Positions 47,940 to 62,090 of a stretch of 64,000 nt of DNA are shown piece after piece. The translations under genes were made by a program, and so were the position numbers. The notes beneath the pieces are model-generated. The model made no database searches, had not been told where the DNA came from, and was given only the letters and a program-made list of their open reading frames with translations. Numbering within the stretch: position 1 is the stretch's first letter; every line of letters starts with the position of its first letter. This stretch comes from an uncultured Gammaproteobacteria bacterium (GTDB lineage: Bacteria; Actinomycetota; Acidimicrobiia; Acidimicrobiales; Aldehydirespiratoraceae): positions 134,761 through 198,760 of the forward strand of contig CAXMSE010000039.1 of NCBI GenBank assembly GCA_964196195.1, read 5' to 3'.

Positions 47940-48466
47940 GCGCAGAGCCGGCGGTGATCAACTTCGTCTGCACCGGCAACGCCGCGAGGTCGGTGATGGC
48001 GGCCGCTCTCCTTCGAGACCGACTCGACGACAACGCACCGTTCGAGGTGATCAGCGGGGGAACCCTCGTGCTCCCCGGCCAGCCCATGAGCGTGCGCACC
48101 AGGAAGGCGCTGGCCCGACACGGGCTGAAGGACCCCTTCCATCGCAGCCACCAGATCGGTCCGGCCGACATCACTCGGAGTTCACTCCTGCTCGTGATGG
48201 AGAGCTACCACGTGCAGTGGCTCCAACGAGAACTGCCGGCTGGTCTACCGATAACCGGGATGCTCAAACGGGTGGCCAGAGAACTGCCCGGGATCGCCCC
48301 AGGCCCGCTCGCCGAACGAGTCGCCGCTCTGGGTCTCGCGGGTCGTGAGATCGAGCCATGGGAGGAAGTGATCGATCCGGCGTCGGGCGAGCAGGAAGAC
48401 TTCGATCGCTGTATCGACGAGCTTGCGGTACTCGTCGATGCTCTGGTGCCGGCCCTGGGGCTCTGA
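47936..48466 (+). CDS. low-molecular-weight phosphotyrosine protein phosphatase
   Basis: CTGNAARS P-loop (C-X5-R) at the N-terminus. Confidence 0.75.
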   Translation: MSAEPAVINFVCTGNAARSVMAAALLRDRLDDNAPFEVISGGTLVLPGQPMSVRTRKALARHGLKDPFHRSHQIGPADITRSSLLLVMESYHVQWLQRELPAGLPITGMLKRVARELPGIAPGPLAERVAALGLAGREIEPWEEVIDPASGEQEDFDRCIDELAVLVDALVPALGL

Positions 48467-49122
48467 TGCCGGCTCATCGACGCGAGGGTTTGGTTCTTGC
48501 CGTGGCGGTGGGGATCGTTGGGGTCACGTTCGGGGTGCTGGCTGATGTCGCCGGCCTTTCCATCCCCCAGGTGATGGTGATGTCGGCGTTGATGTTCACC
48601 GGTGCATCCCAGTTAGCGGCGGTCAGTGTGATCGACGGTGGCGGTACGGGCTACACCGCGGTCGGCTCGGCGCTGCTTCTGGCCGCCCGCAACGCCCTCT
48701 ACGGTCCGGTCGTCGCTCGGCTCTTCGGCTCCTCGACGGCGGTGAGAGTGGTGGGTTCGCATTTTGTGATCGATGAGACCACCGCCATGGCGGCAATGCA
48801 GGACGAAGACGACACAGCCGCTGATGCGTTCTGGTGGACGGCGATCTGGTTGTGGTCACTCTGGAACCTCGGGTCGGTCGGAGGAGCCCTCGTCGGCTCG
48901 GCGATCGGCGACCCCGAGGCATGGGGGCTCGACGCGGCGTTTCCGGCTGCCTTCGTCGCCCTGCTCGCCCCTCACGTCCGCACCAGGCCGGGTCGAGTGG
49001 CCGCCATCGGCGGTGGGGCGCTGGCGATAGCCACAGTGCCGATCGCTCCTGCCGGAGTCCCCCTCCTCGTGGCTTCGCTCGCGGTCCTGCCGGGGTGGCT
49101 GGTGCACCGGAGGGCCCTGTGA
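48466..49122 (+). CDS. azlC: AzlC family branched-chain amino acid permease component
   Basis: AzlC-like TM pattern; the start overlaps the upstream stop (TGATG). Confidence 0.8.
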   Translation: MPAHRREGLVLAVAVGIVGVTFGVLADVAGLSIPQVMVMSALMFTGASQLAAVSVIDGGGTGYTAVGSALLLAARNALYGPVVARLFGSSTAVRVVGSHFVIDETTAMAAMQDEDDTAADAFWWTAIWLWSLWNLGSVGGALVGSAIGDPEAWGLDAAFPAAFVALLAPHVRTRPGRVAAIGGGALAIATVPIAPAGVPLLVASLAVLPGWLVHRRAL

Positions 49123-49433
49123 GCTGGACTGCGATTGTGGTGATGACCGCCGGTGCCTACGGGTTCAAGTTTTTCGGTGTGTTCGTTCTGGCCCGAATCA
49201 GTGACCGATCGGCAGCGGCCTTCCAGTCGCTCATCGCCCTTGTGCCAGCGGCCCTGTTTGCGGCCCTCGTTGCCGTGCAGACACTCGAGGCGGGTGGAGG
49301 CCTGCAGATCGACGCGCGCGCGGCGGGCGTCGCCGCGGGGGCGTTGGCGGTGCTTCGACGGATGCCGTTCGTGTTGGTCGTGCTTGTGGCCATGACAGTT
49401 AGCGCAGCCATACGCTGGCAGACTCTTGGGTGA
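49119..49433 (+). CDS. azlD: AzlD family small membrane protein
   Basis: About 100 aa with 3-4 TM helices, immediately after azlC. GTG start overlapping the stop (GTGA). Confidence 0.7.
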   Translation: MSWTAIVVMTAGAYGFKFFGVFVLARISDRSAAAFQSLIALVPAALFAALVAVQTLEAGGGLQIDARAAGVAAGALAVLRRMPFVLVVLVAMTVSAAIRWQTLG

Positions 49434-50719
49434 TGGCTGACGAGCACTCACTCACCGAAGCCCCACCCCAGCTCGTGGTGCGAGGCGGCGCCCGACTGGA
49501 AGGAACCATCAGGGTAGGAGGGGCCAAGAACTCCGTCCTGAAGCTGATGGCAGCCACCCTTCTCGCCGAGGGTGTCTACCTGTTGCGCAACGTACCGAGA
49601 ATCACCGATGTCGAGCTGATGTCCGACCTGCTGCGGGCCACCGGATGCACCGTGGAACCCGACGGTCACCAGCTGACGATCGTGGTTCCCTCGGTGATCG
49701 AGCCGGTCGCCCCCTATGAGATCGTCGAACAGTTCCGCGCCTCGATAGTGGTGCTCGGGCCCATGCTCGCCCGCTGCGGTGAAGCGCGTGTGGCCCTCCC
49801 CGGAGGCGATGATTTCGGTCCCCGCCCGATCGATATGCACGTCCGCGGGCTCACCGAGTTGGGTGCCGAGTTCGACACCGCCCACGGCTATATCCATGCT
49901 CGCTGCGCCAACCTGCTCGGTGCTCGCGTCCTGCTCGAGTTTCCGAGTGTCGGCGCCACCGAGAATCTGCTTATGGCATCGGTGCGGGCCAAGGGCACCA
50001 CGATCATCGACAACGCGGCTCGCGAGCCCGAAATCATCGACCTCTGCGAGATGCTCAACAAGATGGGTGCCCAGATTGCCGGTGCGGGCTCGTCCACAAT
50101 CACCATCGAAGGGGTCGATGGCGCCGATGCCCTGCACTGTGCCGACCACAGCGTCGTGTCGGATCGGATCGAGGCGGCAACCTATCTGGCCGCGGTAGCC
50201 ATCGCCGGAGGCGAGATCATCGTCGAAGGGGCACGCCACGAACACATGGTGATGCTGTGCCAGAAGATGGGCGATATGGGAATGCGCATCTCGCCCGACG
50301 CCGATGGCATCTGGGCGCTCGTACCGCACCGCCTCAGGTCGGTCGACTGCTCGACGCTTCCCTATCCCGGCCTGGCCACCGACTTCAAGCCCTTCCTGGT
50401 GAGCCTGCTCGCCACCGCCGAAGGTGTCGGCATCGTCACCGAAAACCTGTTCTCCGGCCGATTCCGCTACATCGATGAGTTGAGGCGGATGGGCGCCGAC
50501 ATCCGCACCGACTCCCATCATGCGGTGGTGCGGGGAGTCGAGCGTCTTTCCGGCGCTCCGGTGCGGGCCCACGACATACGCGCCGGCGCGGCGCTCCTGA
50601 TCGCCGGACTCGGGGCAGAGGGCACCACCGTGGTGGCAGATGCCCACCACATCGCCCGCGGCTACGACGACATCGCCGCCAAGCTGAGGGGCGTGGGCGC
50701 CGACGTGGGCACGAGCTGA
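49430..50719 (+). CDS. murA: UDP-N-acetylglucosamine 1-carboxyvinyltransferase MurA (Asp at the fosfomycin-target Cys position)
   Basis: Full-length MurA; the active-site loop is LPGGDDFGPRPID where E. coli has ...GGCAIGARPVD. Confidence 0.9.
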   Translation: MMADEHSLTEAPPQLVVRGGARLEGTIRVGGAKNSVLKLMAATLLAEGVYLLRNVPRITDVELMSDLLRATGCTVEPDGHQLTIVVPSVIEPVAPYEIVEQFRASIVVLGPMLARCGEARVALPGGDDFGPRPIDMHVRGLTELGAEFDTAHGYIHARCANLLGARVLLEFPSVGATENLLMASVRAKGTTIIDNAAREPEIIDLCEMLNKMGAQIAGAGSSTITIEGVDGADALHCADHSVVSDRIEAATYLAAVAIAGGEIIVEGARHEHMVMLCQKMGDMGMRISPDADGIWALVPHRLRSVDCSTLPYPGLATDFKPFLVSLLATAEGVGIVTENLFSGRFRYIDELRRMGADIRTDSHHAVVRGVERLSGAPVRAHDIRAGAALLIAGLGAEGTTVVADAHHIARGYDDIAAKLRGVGADVGTS

Positions 50720-50875
50720 TCAGTCCTTCTTGGTTGGCGATTCGGTCTGATCGGTCAGGCCGAGCGCTCGGCGACGAGCGACCCAGAGCAGGAGGCCGAA
50801 TACCAGTACCGGCATACCCACCAACACGATCTCGTCCCATCCACCGTTGTGAGCGAGCAGGTCGAGTGGTGCCAT
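50720..50875 (-). CDS. possible small membrane protein (51 aa)
   Basis: MAPLDLLAHNGGWDEIVLVGMPVLVFGLLLWVARRR...; speculative. Confidence 0.25.
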   Translation of the reverse strand: MAPLDLLAHNGGWDEIVLVGMPVLVFGLLLWVARRRALGLTDQTESPTKKD

Positions 50876-50903
50876 CTCCGTATGATAAGGCTTCGCTGTC
50901 GTA

Positions 50904-51200
50904 GTGGCGGTGCCGAGTGTCTCGATCGGAGCAACAAGGGTGCGCGAGCAGGTAGAGAAGGTGATAGCCGCCATCCGACCGGCCATTCAGGCCGACCATG
51001 GCGATATCGCGCTCATCGACGTCGAGGAAGCCTCCGGCCTCGTCACCGTGGAGCTCCAGGGTGCCTGTGTCACCTGTCCCGCGTCCACCCAGACTCTGAA
51101 GTTGGGTATCGAGCGCATCATGAAGGATCGCGTCGAAGGTGTCACCGAAGTGGTGGAGATCAATGCTCTCGGGATGGCCGAGAGCCCCGTTCAGCTCTGA
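50904..51200 (+). CDS. NifU-like Fe-S cluster assembly domain protein (Nfu type)
   Basis: IRPAIQADHGDIALIDVEE.GLVTVELQGACVTCPAS with the CxxC pair. The start is uncertain (GTG 50904/50940). Confidence 0.7.
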   Translation: MAVPSVSIGATRVREQVEKVIAAIRPAIQADHGDIALIDVEEASGLVTVELQGACVTCPASTQTLKLGIERIMKDRVEGVTEVVEINALGMAESPVQL

Positions 51201-53818
51201 GCCCGGCTCAGGTTGAGTGCGTTGGTGATCAGCCCGAGGTGAGAGTACGCCTGGGGATGGTTGCCGAGGGCCCGACCACTCACGGGATCGGTTTCCTCGG
51301 CAAGCAGGCCCGTGGGGCCGGCCTGCTCGAGATAGGCCGAGAACAGCTGGCGCGCGCCCTCGACATCGCCGATCAGCAGCTTGGCATCGATCAGCCACGA
51401 CGTCATGAGGTTGAAGCCGCCCTCCTCGCCCGGTAACCCGTCCTCATGGGTATAGCGATAGACGGTGTCACCGGTGCGTAGCCAGGTCTCGACGGCCTCG
51501 ACGGTGGCCACGAAGCGTGGGTCGTCGGCCTCGACGAGGCCGAACAGTCCCACTGCCAGCACCGAAGCGTCGAGATCGTTGCCGTCGTAGGCCGTTTTGA
51601 AGGAACCGAGCTCCTCGTCCCACCCGTTGGTGAGGACGTCCTTCTTGATCTGATCTCTCAGGGTCGGCCAATCGGGGCGATCGCGTCCGAACACGTTCGT
51701 GGCGATTCGGATCGCCCTGTCGACAGTTACCCAGCACATCACCTTCGAGTGGGTGTGGTGGCGAGGTGCGGAGCGCACTTCCCAGATCCCCTGATCAGGT
51801 TCTCTCCAGCGCTGATCCACCGCGTTGACCATGTCCTCGACCAGTCGCCAATGCTTGGCCGACAGGGGCGCATCGACCTCCCCTAGCTGGTGGATGAGCT
51901 CGACCACGGGTCCGAACACATCGAGCTGAACTTGGTGATCGGCGGCATTGCCCACCCGGACCGGACGCGAACCCGCATATCCGGCTAGTTCCTCGATGGT
52001 GGCTTCAGAAGGCAAGGAGTGTCCGCTGACCGTGTAGAGGGGGGCTAGGCGCTCGGCGCCGAGCTGGCCTGTCTCGATCACCTGGAGGAGCCAATCGAGC
52101 AGATCCATGGCCTCCTCGATCGACCCCAGCTTCACCAATGCCCCGGCCGACATCGAGGCGTCGCGGATCCAGCAGTAACGGTAGTCCCAGTTTCGCACCC
52201 CTCCGATGAACTCGGGAAGGCTTGTCGTGGCGGCTGCGAGGATCGCTCCCGTGGGGCCATAGCAGAGCGCCTTCAGGGTGAGCGCGCTCCTCAGCACCGA
52301 GTCGGACTCGATGTCGGGGATCTCGAGGCATTGAGCCCAGTCGCGCCAAAAGGCGGTGGTGTGCTGGCGGCGCGCGGCCTCGTCGGTGCGGTCGGGCCGA
52401 AGAGATGCCGTACCGCACCTCAGCTCGAGGACGACCGGACCAGCATCGAGATCGACGATGGCGGTGGCCGTGTGGTCGATCCCGTTGGTTTCGATGGTCC
52501 ACTCCACGCCGGGGGAGCGAAGCACCACGAGATCCGCGGCGCTTACGATCTCGATGCCACCCTCGCGAATCTCGAGTTGGGTGGGGAAGCGTCCGAAGTC
52601 GAGTCGGGGAGCGAACTCGATGATGGCTCGACCATGGCCTTCGATCACTCGTATCAGATCGTTGCGGCCCGAAGTGCGATTGGGGCGACCATCGGAGCAG
52701 TCGAGATAGTCGGTGACCGACATCGTGGGCCACTGGGTGGCCAAGACCAACGAGTCGTCGAGGTAGGTCTGGGTTGGGTCTTCGCTGCTTTCTTCGGGAC
52801 GGATCGAGAAATGGCCAGCGCCGGGTCCGCCGAGCATTTCGGCGAATATCGCCGACGAATCGATGCGGGGCACACAGAGCCACGTGATCCGCGCGTCGGG
52901 CGTGACGAGGGCGGCGGTGCGCTGGTCAGAAAGCATCGAATGATGCTCGATCGGTACCACGCCGGCACCAGCGAGCCATTCGGAGCGTCGCGCACACAAG
53001 GTGGCGAGGAGGACAGCCACATCATCGGTGGAACGCACCCGAGTGGCGGCCGCAGTGTCTCCGTCGCCTACCTTCACCCCGATATCGGGACCGTGGAGGG
53101 TGGCGAACGCGTCCTCGTCGGTGATGTCGTCGCCGATGAAGAGCACGGCGGTGGCACCCACCGACCCACGCACCTTGGTGAGGGCGCGCCCCTTGTCGGT
53201 GGGGACCAGGAGCAACTCGCACACCATCTTGCCGTGGCGAACCGTGAGCTCCCCGACCGATGTTGCGACCACATTGACCGCTTCCAAAACAGCGTCGACT
53301 GCCGCATCGGAGACATTGCGGTAGTGGACAGCCACCGACGCCGGCTTTTTCTCGAGACTGACGCCTTCATGAGCCTCGGCGATCTCGGCGAGGCCGTCGA
53401 CGAGCCGCACCCGCCTCTCCTTGAGAACCGGGTCGAGGTCGAGAGCAAAGTCGATATCGAACTCGGTGCCGTGGGATCCGACCAGGTGAACCTCGGCAGG
53501 GAGGCGGCTCAATATGGCCAGATCGCGTAGTGAACGACCAGAAATCACAGCCACACTGGTCTGGGGCAGGGAGGCGAGGCTCCGCAAGGCCACCGACGTC
53601 TCCCTCAAGGGGAGCGCCTTCATCGGGTCGGCCACGAACGGCGCGACCGTGCCGTCGTAGTCGCAGGCGATCAGGAGATGAGGGGCGCGGGCAATCTCGG
53701 CGAGGGTGTTCTCGAGCTCAGATTCGGTGAGAAAGTCCGGGGCCACGACCAGCGACGCTACTGCCGTTGGTGGCGAAGATGCGGGTACCGTCGCCGGTGT
53801 GAGCGATTCAGACTTCAC
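51191..53818 (-). CDS. bifunctional trehalose-6-phosphate phosphatase (HAD, OtsB-like) / glycoside hydrolase family 15-like protein
   Basis: N-terminal HAD motif I LIACDYDGTV and IGDDITDE. The C-terminal 600 aa has a GH15-like (alpha/alpha)6 signature, WDYRYCWIRDAS. Confidence 0.85.
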   Translation of the reverse strand: MKSESLTPATVPASSPPTAVASLVVAPDFLTESELENTLAEIARAPHLLIACDYDGTVAPFVADPMKALPLRETSVALRSLASLPQTSVAVISGRSLRDLAILSRLPAEVHLVGSHGTEFDIDFALDLDPVLKERRVRLVDGLAEIAEAHEGVSLEKKPASVAVHYRNVSDAAVDAVLEAVNVVATSVGELTVRHGKMVCELLLVPTDKGRALTKVRGSVGATAVLFIGDDITDEDAFATLHGPDIGVKVGDGDTAAATRVRSTDDVAVLLATLCARRSEWLAGAGVVPIEHHSMLSDQRTAALVTPDARITWLCVPRIDSSAIFAEMLGGPGAGHFSIRPEESSEDPTQTYLDDSLVLATQWPTMSVTDYLDCSDGRPNRTSGRNDLIRVIEGHGRAIIEFAPRLDFGRFPTQLEIREGGIEIVSAADLVVLRSPGVEWTIETNGIDHTATAIVDLDAGPVVLELRCGTASLRPDRTDEAARRQHTTAFWRDWAQCLEIPDIESDSVLRSALTLKALCYGPTGAILAAATTSLPEFIGGVRNWDYRYCWIRDASMSAGALVKLGSIEEAMDLLDWLLQVIETGQLGAERLAPLYTVSGHSLPSEATIEELAGYAGSRPVRVGNAADHQVQLDVFGPVVELIHQLGEVDAPLSAKHWRLVEDMVNAVDQRWREPDQGIWEVRSAPRHHTHSKVMCWVTVDRAIRIATNVFGRDRPDWPTLRDQIKKDVLTNGWDEELGSFKTAYDGNDLDASVLAVGLFGLVEADDPRFVATVEAVETWLRTGDTVYRYTHEDGLPGEEGGFNLMTSWLIDAKLLIGDVEGARQLFSAYLEQAGPTGLLAEETDPVSGRALGNHPQAYSHLGLITNALNLSRAQS

Positions 53819-54635
53819 CAGTTGCTATCGGCACGACGACCGTCGAGCGGGAATTGTCTGTCAACGCTGCGACAAGCCCATCTGCCCGGAGTGCATGAAC
53901 ACCGCTTCTGTCGGCTTCCACTGCCCCGACTGTGCACACACCGGCGGCCAGCGGGTGATCAAGGGACCCGTGGTGTTCGACCCCATCTTCACCAAGGTGC
54001 TCGTCGGTCTCAATGTCGCGGCCTTTGTCCTGGCGGGCGTCTGGGGCGGCAGCCTCACCCGTCTCGGCGGCAGGCCCTTCCAGGAGGGTGCGCTGTTCGG
54101 CCCCCTGGTGGATGACGGTGAGTGGTACCGGGTGTTCACCTCCGCCTTCCTCCACGACGGGTTTGTGCACCTCGGTTTCAATATGTGGGCGCTCTGGCTG
54201 CTGGGCGGGCAACTGGAACGCATATTCAAGCCTTCGCGCTACCTCATCCTCTATGTGGTGTCCCTGATCGGCGGCTCCTTCGGTGCCTTGCTGCTCGACC
54301 CACTCACCCCCGCGGTGGGCGCATCGGGAGCAGTCTTCGGCCTGTTCGGCGCAACCGCGGTACTCCAACGATCGGCCGGGCTGAGTATCTGGGCGGGCGG
54401 GCTGGGGCCGGTTCTGGCCATCAACTTGTTTCTCACCTTCGCCATCCCCCAGATCTCGATCGGCGGGCACGTTGGGGGCCTCGTCGCGGGGGCAGGGGTG
54501 GGTGTTCTCTACGTGGCCATGGTCCGTGCCCGTACCCCGGAGTGGTGGGCCGCGGCTGGCGCGGCAGCCTTCGGTGTGGTGATCTTCCTGGCCAGCCTCT
54601 GGGCCGCGGCACAGTGGATGGATCCCCTTTTCTGA
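53799..54635 (+). CDS. rhomboid-family intramembrane serine protease with N-terminal zinc-ribbon
   Basis: CxxC...CxxC (CQRCDKPICPEC...CPDC), rhomboid GASGAVFG (Ser) and GGHVGG (His). The start overlaps the divergent otsB start region. Confidence 0.8.
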   Translation: MSDSDFTSCYRHDDRRAGIVCQRCDKPICPECMNTASVGFHCPDCAHTGGQRVIKGPVVFDPIFTKVLVGLNVAAFVLAGVWGGSLTRLGGRPFQEGALFGPLVDDGEWYRVFTSAFLHDGFVHLGFNMWALWLLGGQLERIFKPSRYLILYVVSLIGGSFGALLLDPLTPAVGASGAVFGLFGATAVLQRSAGLSIWAGGLGPVLAINLFLTFAIPQISIGGHVGGLVAGAGVGVLYVAMVRARTPEWWAAAGAAAFGVVIFLASLWAAAQWMDPLF

Positions 54636-54639
54636 CCCG

Positions 54640-55383
54640 TCACCTCACGGGATCGAGTCGGTAGACGCTCACGTGCATCTCGCTGTCGTCGGCTATGGGA
54701 GCCGCTTGCCAGTTGGCACAGCGCGACTCGAGTAGGAAGCCCGCGGCACCGGCTGCGGAGTCGAGTTGTTCGGGGGTGCGGTAGTGGAGCATCCACGGCC
54801 GCATCCTGATCCCGGCCTCGGAAAGCTCGACGTGTTGCCCCCGGATCTGCTGCTCTCCGGCATCGTGCTGCGAGATCGTGACCACCGCGGTGTCGACGTC
54901 GACGTTGCGCACCGACACTCCACCATCGTCGAGGCCCTCCGCCGGGGGGAGAAATCCTTCGATCACGAGGCATCCATCGGGCGCCAGCACTGCCGCCACC
55001 TGGTCGAGGCATCGCTGCTGGGAGGAACTGTCGGTGAGGTTGAAGAAGGTGTTGAACGCCGCGAACACCACCGAGAACCGTTGAGGGGCCAAGGGAAGCG
55101 CGGCCATGTCGGCTTCGATGCACATCACGTCGCGTCCGCCGGGTTTGGCGGCCAGCCGCGCCAGCATGGCGGACGAGGCATCAAGGCCCACCACTGTCTC
55201 TTCGGCCGCCGCCAGTGGCACCGCTAGACGCCCGGTTCCCACACCGAGCTCGAGAATCGGACCGCCCCCCGCCAGGGCTCTCACTCCCGCAACCGTCGCG
55301 CCGACATCGCTCACGTCGTGATACCAGCTGTCGTAGACATCGGCGAAGCTCTCGCCATAGCTCGTCGGTCCGTAGCCCTTCAT
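54640..55383 (-). CDS. class I SAM-dependent methyltransferase
   Basis: ILELGVGTGR motif I and VVGLDAS. Confidence 0.75.
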   Translation of the reverse strand: MKGYGPTSYGESFADVYDSWYHDVSDVGATVAGVRALAGGGPILELGVGTGRLAVPLAAAEETVVGLDASSAMLARLAAKPGGRDVMCIEADMAALPLAPQRFSVVFAAFNTFFNLTDSSSQQRCLDQVAAVLAPDGCLVIEGFLPPAEGLDDGGVSVRNVDVDTAVVTISQHDAGEQQIRGQHVELSEAGIRMRPWMLHYRTPEQLDSAAGAAGFLLESRCANWQAAPIADDSEMHVSVYRLDPVR

Positions 55384-55440
55384 CGACACCCAGTGTGCCC
55401 GGCGGCGGAATGCTTGGTGGCGCCCTCGTAGGCTCACACC

Positions 55441-56598
55441 ATGCACAGCGCCGAGGTCTATCTCGACCACGCCGCGAGCACGCCGATGCGGGCCGAGGCA
55501 CGCGATGCCTGGCTCGCGGCCTCAAACGCCCATCACGCCAATCCCACCGGCGCTCACCATTCAGCACGTGCGGCGCGTCGGGCTCTCGACGATGCCCGCG
55601 ACTCCGTGGCTGCCGCACTGGCCCGTCCTCCGGCGGAGCTGGTGTTCACCAGTGGAGGGAGCGAGGCGGACAACCTTGCTGTGCGCGGGGTGCTCAGGGC
55701 CAGGGGTGGCACCGCGGTGTGCACGGCCGGCGAGCACCATGCCGTGCTCGAGCCCGTCGAGCACTCCGGCGGGCTGACAGTGCCGCTCGGCGCGGACGGC
55801 CGGGTTCGACCCGAAGAGTTGGCCGCGGTGCTCGCAGGTGTGTCAGACGTGTCGATCGTGTCGCTCATCGCGGTCAACAACGAGACCGGCGCGATCAACG
55901 ATCTGGCCGCTCTCGCCGAGGTAGTGCGCATGCATGCTCCCGGGGCACTCCTGCACACCGATGCGGTGCAGGCGATGAGCTGGCTGGATGCGGGCGCGGC
56001 TACGGCCGACTTCGATCTCGTCTCGATCACAGGCCACAAGCTCGGAGGCCCGGTGGGTACCGGCTGCCTTTTTGTGGGTGCAGGCATCGACCTCGACCCC
56101 CTGATTCTCGGAGGGGGCCAGGAGCGAGGAAGGCGGGCGGGCACTCCCGACGTCCCCGGCGCAGCGGCATTCGCCGCCGCGGTCGGCGCCGTCGCATCGG
56201 GCCGTGCAGAAACAGTGCCGCGCCTGCGGGGGTTGCGCGATCGCCTGGTCGACGGACTCATCGAGGCACTCGGTGATCGTGTGCTCTCCACCGTCCTGCA
56301 ATTCGATCCGAGCCATGTGGTCGCCGGGATCGCCCACGTCTGCTTTCCCGGTATCGAGGCCGAAGCCCTCCTCTACCTCCTCGACGAGGAGGGCATCCGG
56401 GCCTCGGCCGCGTCGTCGTGTTCGAGCGGTGCTCAAGATCCGTCCCACGTCCTCGCCGCCATGGGAGTTCCCCGCGATGTCGCCCAGGGTTCGCTGCGCT
56501 TGTCGCTGGGTCACTCGAGCACCAGTAGCGATATCGACGCCGCGCTGAGGGTCATTCCTCCCGCGGTCGTCCGGCTGGCCGGGCACGGAGGCGGCTGA
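55441..56598 (+). CDS. cysteine desulfurase (IscS/NifS family)
   Basis: SITGHKLGGPVG PLP-lysine motif and a C-terminal SSCSSG active-site Cys loop. Symbol not assigned. Confidence 0.85.
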   Translation: MHSAEVYLDHAASTPMRAEARDAWLAASNAHHANPTGAHHSARAARRALDDARDSVAAALARPPAELVFTSGGSEADNLAVRGVLRARGGTAVCTAGEHHAVLEPVEHSGGLTVPLGADGRVRPEELAAVLAGVSDVSIVSLIAVNNETGAINDLAALAEVVRMHAPGALLHTDAVQAMSWLDAGAATADFDLVSITGHKLGGPVGTGCLFVGAGIDLDPLILGGGQERGRRAGTPDVPGAAAFAAAVGAVASGRAETVPRLRGLRDRLVDGLIEALGDRVLSTVLQFDPSHVVAGIAHVCFPGIEAEALLYLLDEEGIRASAASSCSSGAQDPSHVLAAMGVPRDVAQGSLRLSLGHSSTSSDIDAALRVIPPAVVRLAGHGGG

Positions 56599-56600
56599 CG

Positions 56601-57638
56601 ATGGCGGCGGGACCGGTGATGGTGGCGATGTCGGGCGGGGTCGATTCCTCGGTTGCCGCAGCCCTGCTCCTCGACGCCGGTCACGAGGTGGTGGGTGTCA
56701 CCATGAAGCTGTGGGGCGGGCCGAGCGACAATGGCTGCTGCGCAGTGAGCGATGTGGAAGATGCTCGCCGGGTGGCCGACCATCTCGGCATCGAGCACCA
56801 CACCTTCAACTTCGGCGACGACTTCGAGCGTGATGTGGTCGGCCCGTATGTGGCCGACCACGCCGCAGGCCGCACGCCCAACCCCTGCATCGAGTGCAAC
56901 CGCCACCTCAAATTCGACCGCCTCTTTCGCCGAGCCGACGCCCTCGGGTTCGCCACGATCGCCACCGGTCATCACGCCCGCATCGTGGACGCGGCAGGAG
57001 GCCCGCGACTGGCCCGGGGAGCCGACCCCGCCAAGGACCAGTCCTATGTGCTGCACGTGCTCGGAACGCCGGTGCTCGAGCGCCTCTTGTTGCCTGTTGG
57101 CACCATCACCAAGGCCGACGTGCGCCGACTCGCTGCCGATCTCGATCTGCGCACCGCCACCAAGCCCGAGAGCCAGGATGTGTGCTTCATCACCAGTGAG
57201 CACGGGCGGAAATCCTTCCTCGGCGACAGGATCGCTCTGAAGCCGGCCAGGGTGGTCGACCGCTCAGGCGTTCAGGTTGGTGCGGTCGATTCGATCGAAC
57301 TCGTCACCATCGGTCAGCGCAAGGGGCTCGGGATGGCCGGGGGCACAGATCCTCGCTATGTGATCGATGTCGATCCGGAGGCCCAAGTGGTCACCGTTGG
57401 AGAGTCACACGACCGGCTGGTGCAGCACAGCCCGCTCGAATCGTGGGAGTGGGTGAGTGACCCGATCGAGACGATGGTCGAGGTCCAGTGCTCGGCTCAT
57501 GGAGCACCGGCGCCTGCCCAAATCGGTGCGGGCCGGGTTGAATGGATCGAGCCCCATCGGCGGATCGCGCCAGGCCAGAGCGTGGTGGCGTATGTCGACG
57601 ATGTGGTTGTGGGCGGCGGACTGGCCGGGCGGGGCTGA
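56601..57638 (+). CDS. mnmA: tRNA-specific 2-thiouridylase MnmA
   Basis: PP-loop MSGGVDSSVAA, NPCIECN and catalytic Cys motifs. Confidence 0.9.
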   Translation: MAAGPVMVAMSGGVDSSVAAALLLDAGHEVVGVTMKLWGGPSDNGCCAVSDVEDARRVADHLGIEHHTFNFGDDFERDVVGPYVADHAAGRTPNPCIECNRHLKFDRLFRRADALGFATIATGHHARIVDAAGGPRLARGADPAKDQSYVLHVLGTPVLERLLLPVGTITKADVRRLAADLDLRTATKPESQDVCFITSEHGRKSFLGDRIALKPARVVDRSGVQVGAVDSIELVTIGQRKGLGMAGGTDPRYVIDVDPEAQVVTVGESHDRLVQHSPLESWEWVSDPIETMVEVQCSAHGAPAPAQIGAGRVEWIEPHRRIAPGQSVVAYVDDVVVGGGLAGRG

Positions 57639-57644
57639 GCCTGC

Positions 57645-62090
<4,446 letters not shown>

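Noticed and set aside
55554-56291. 245-aa minus ORF and 55215..56276 plus ORF
   Set aside because: They overlap the cysteine desulfurase frame, which carries the PLP-lysine and active-site Cys motifs. They are Arg/Ala-rich shadows.
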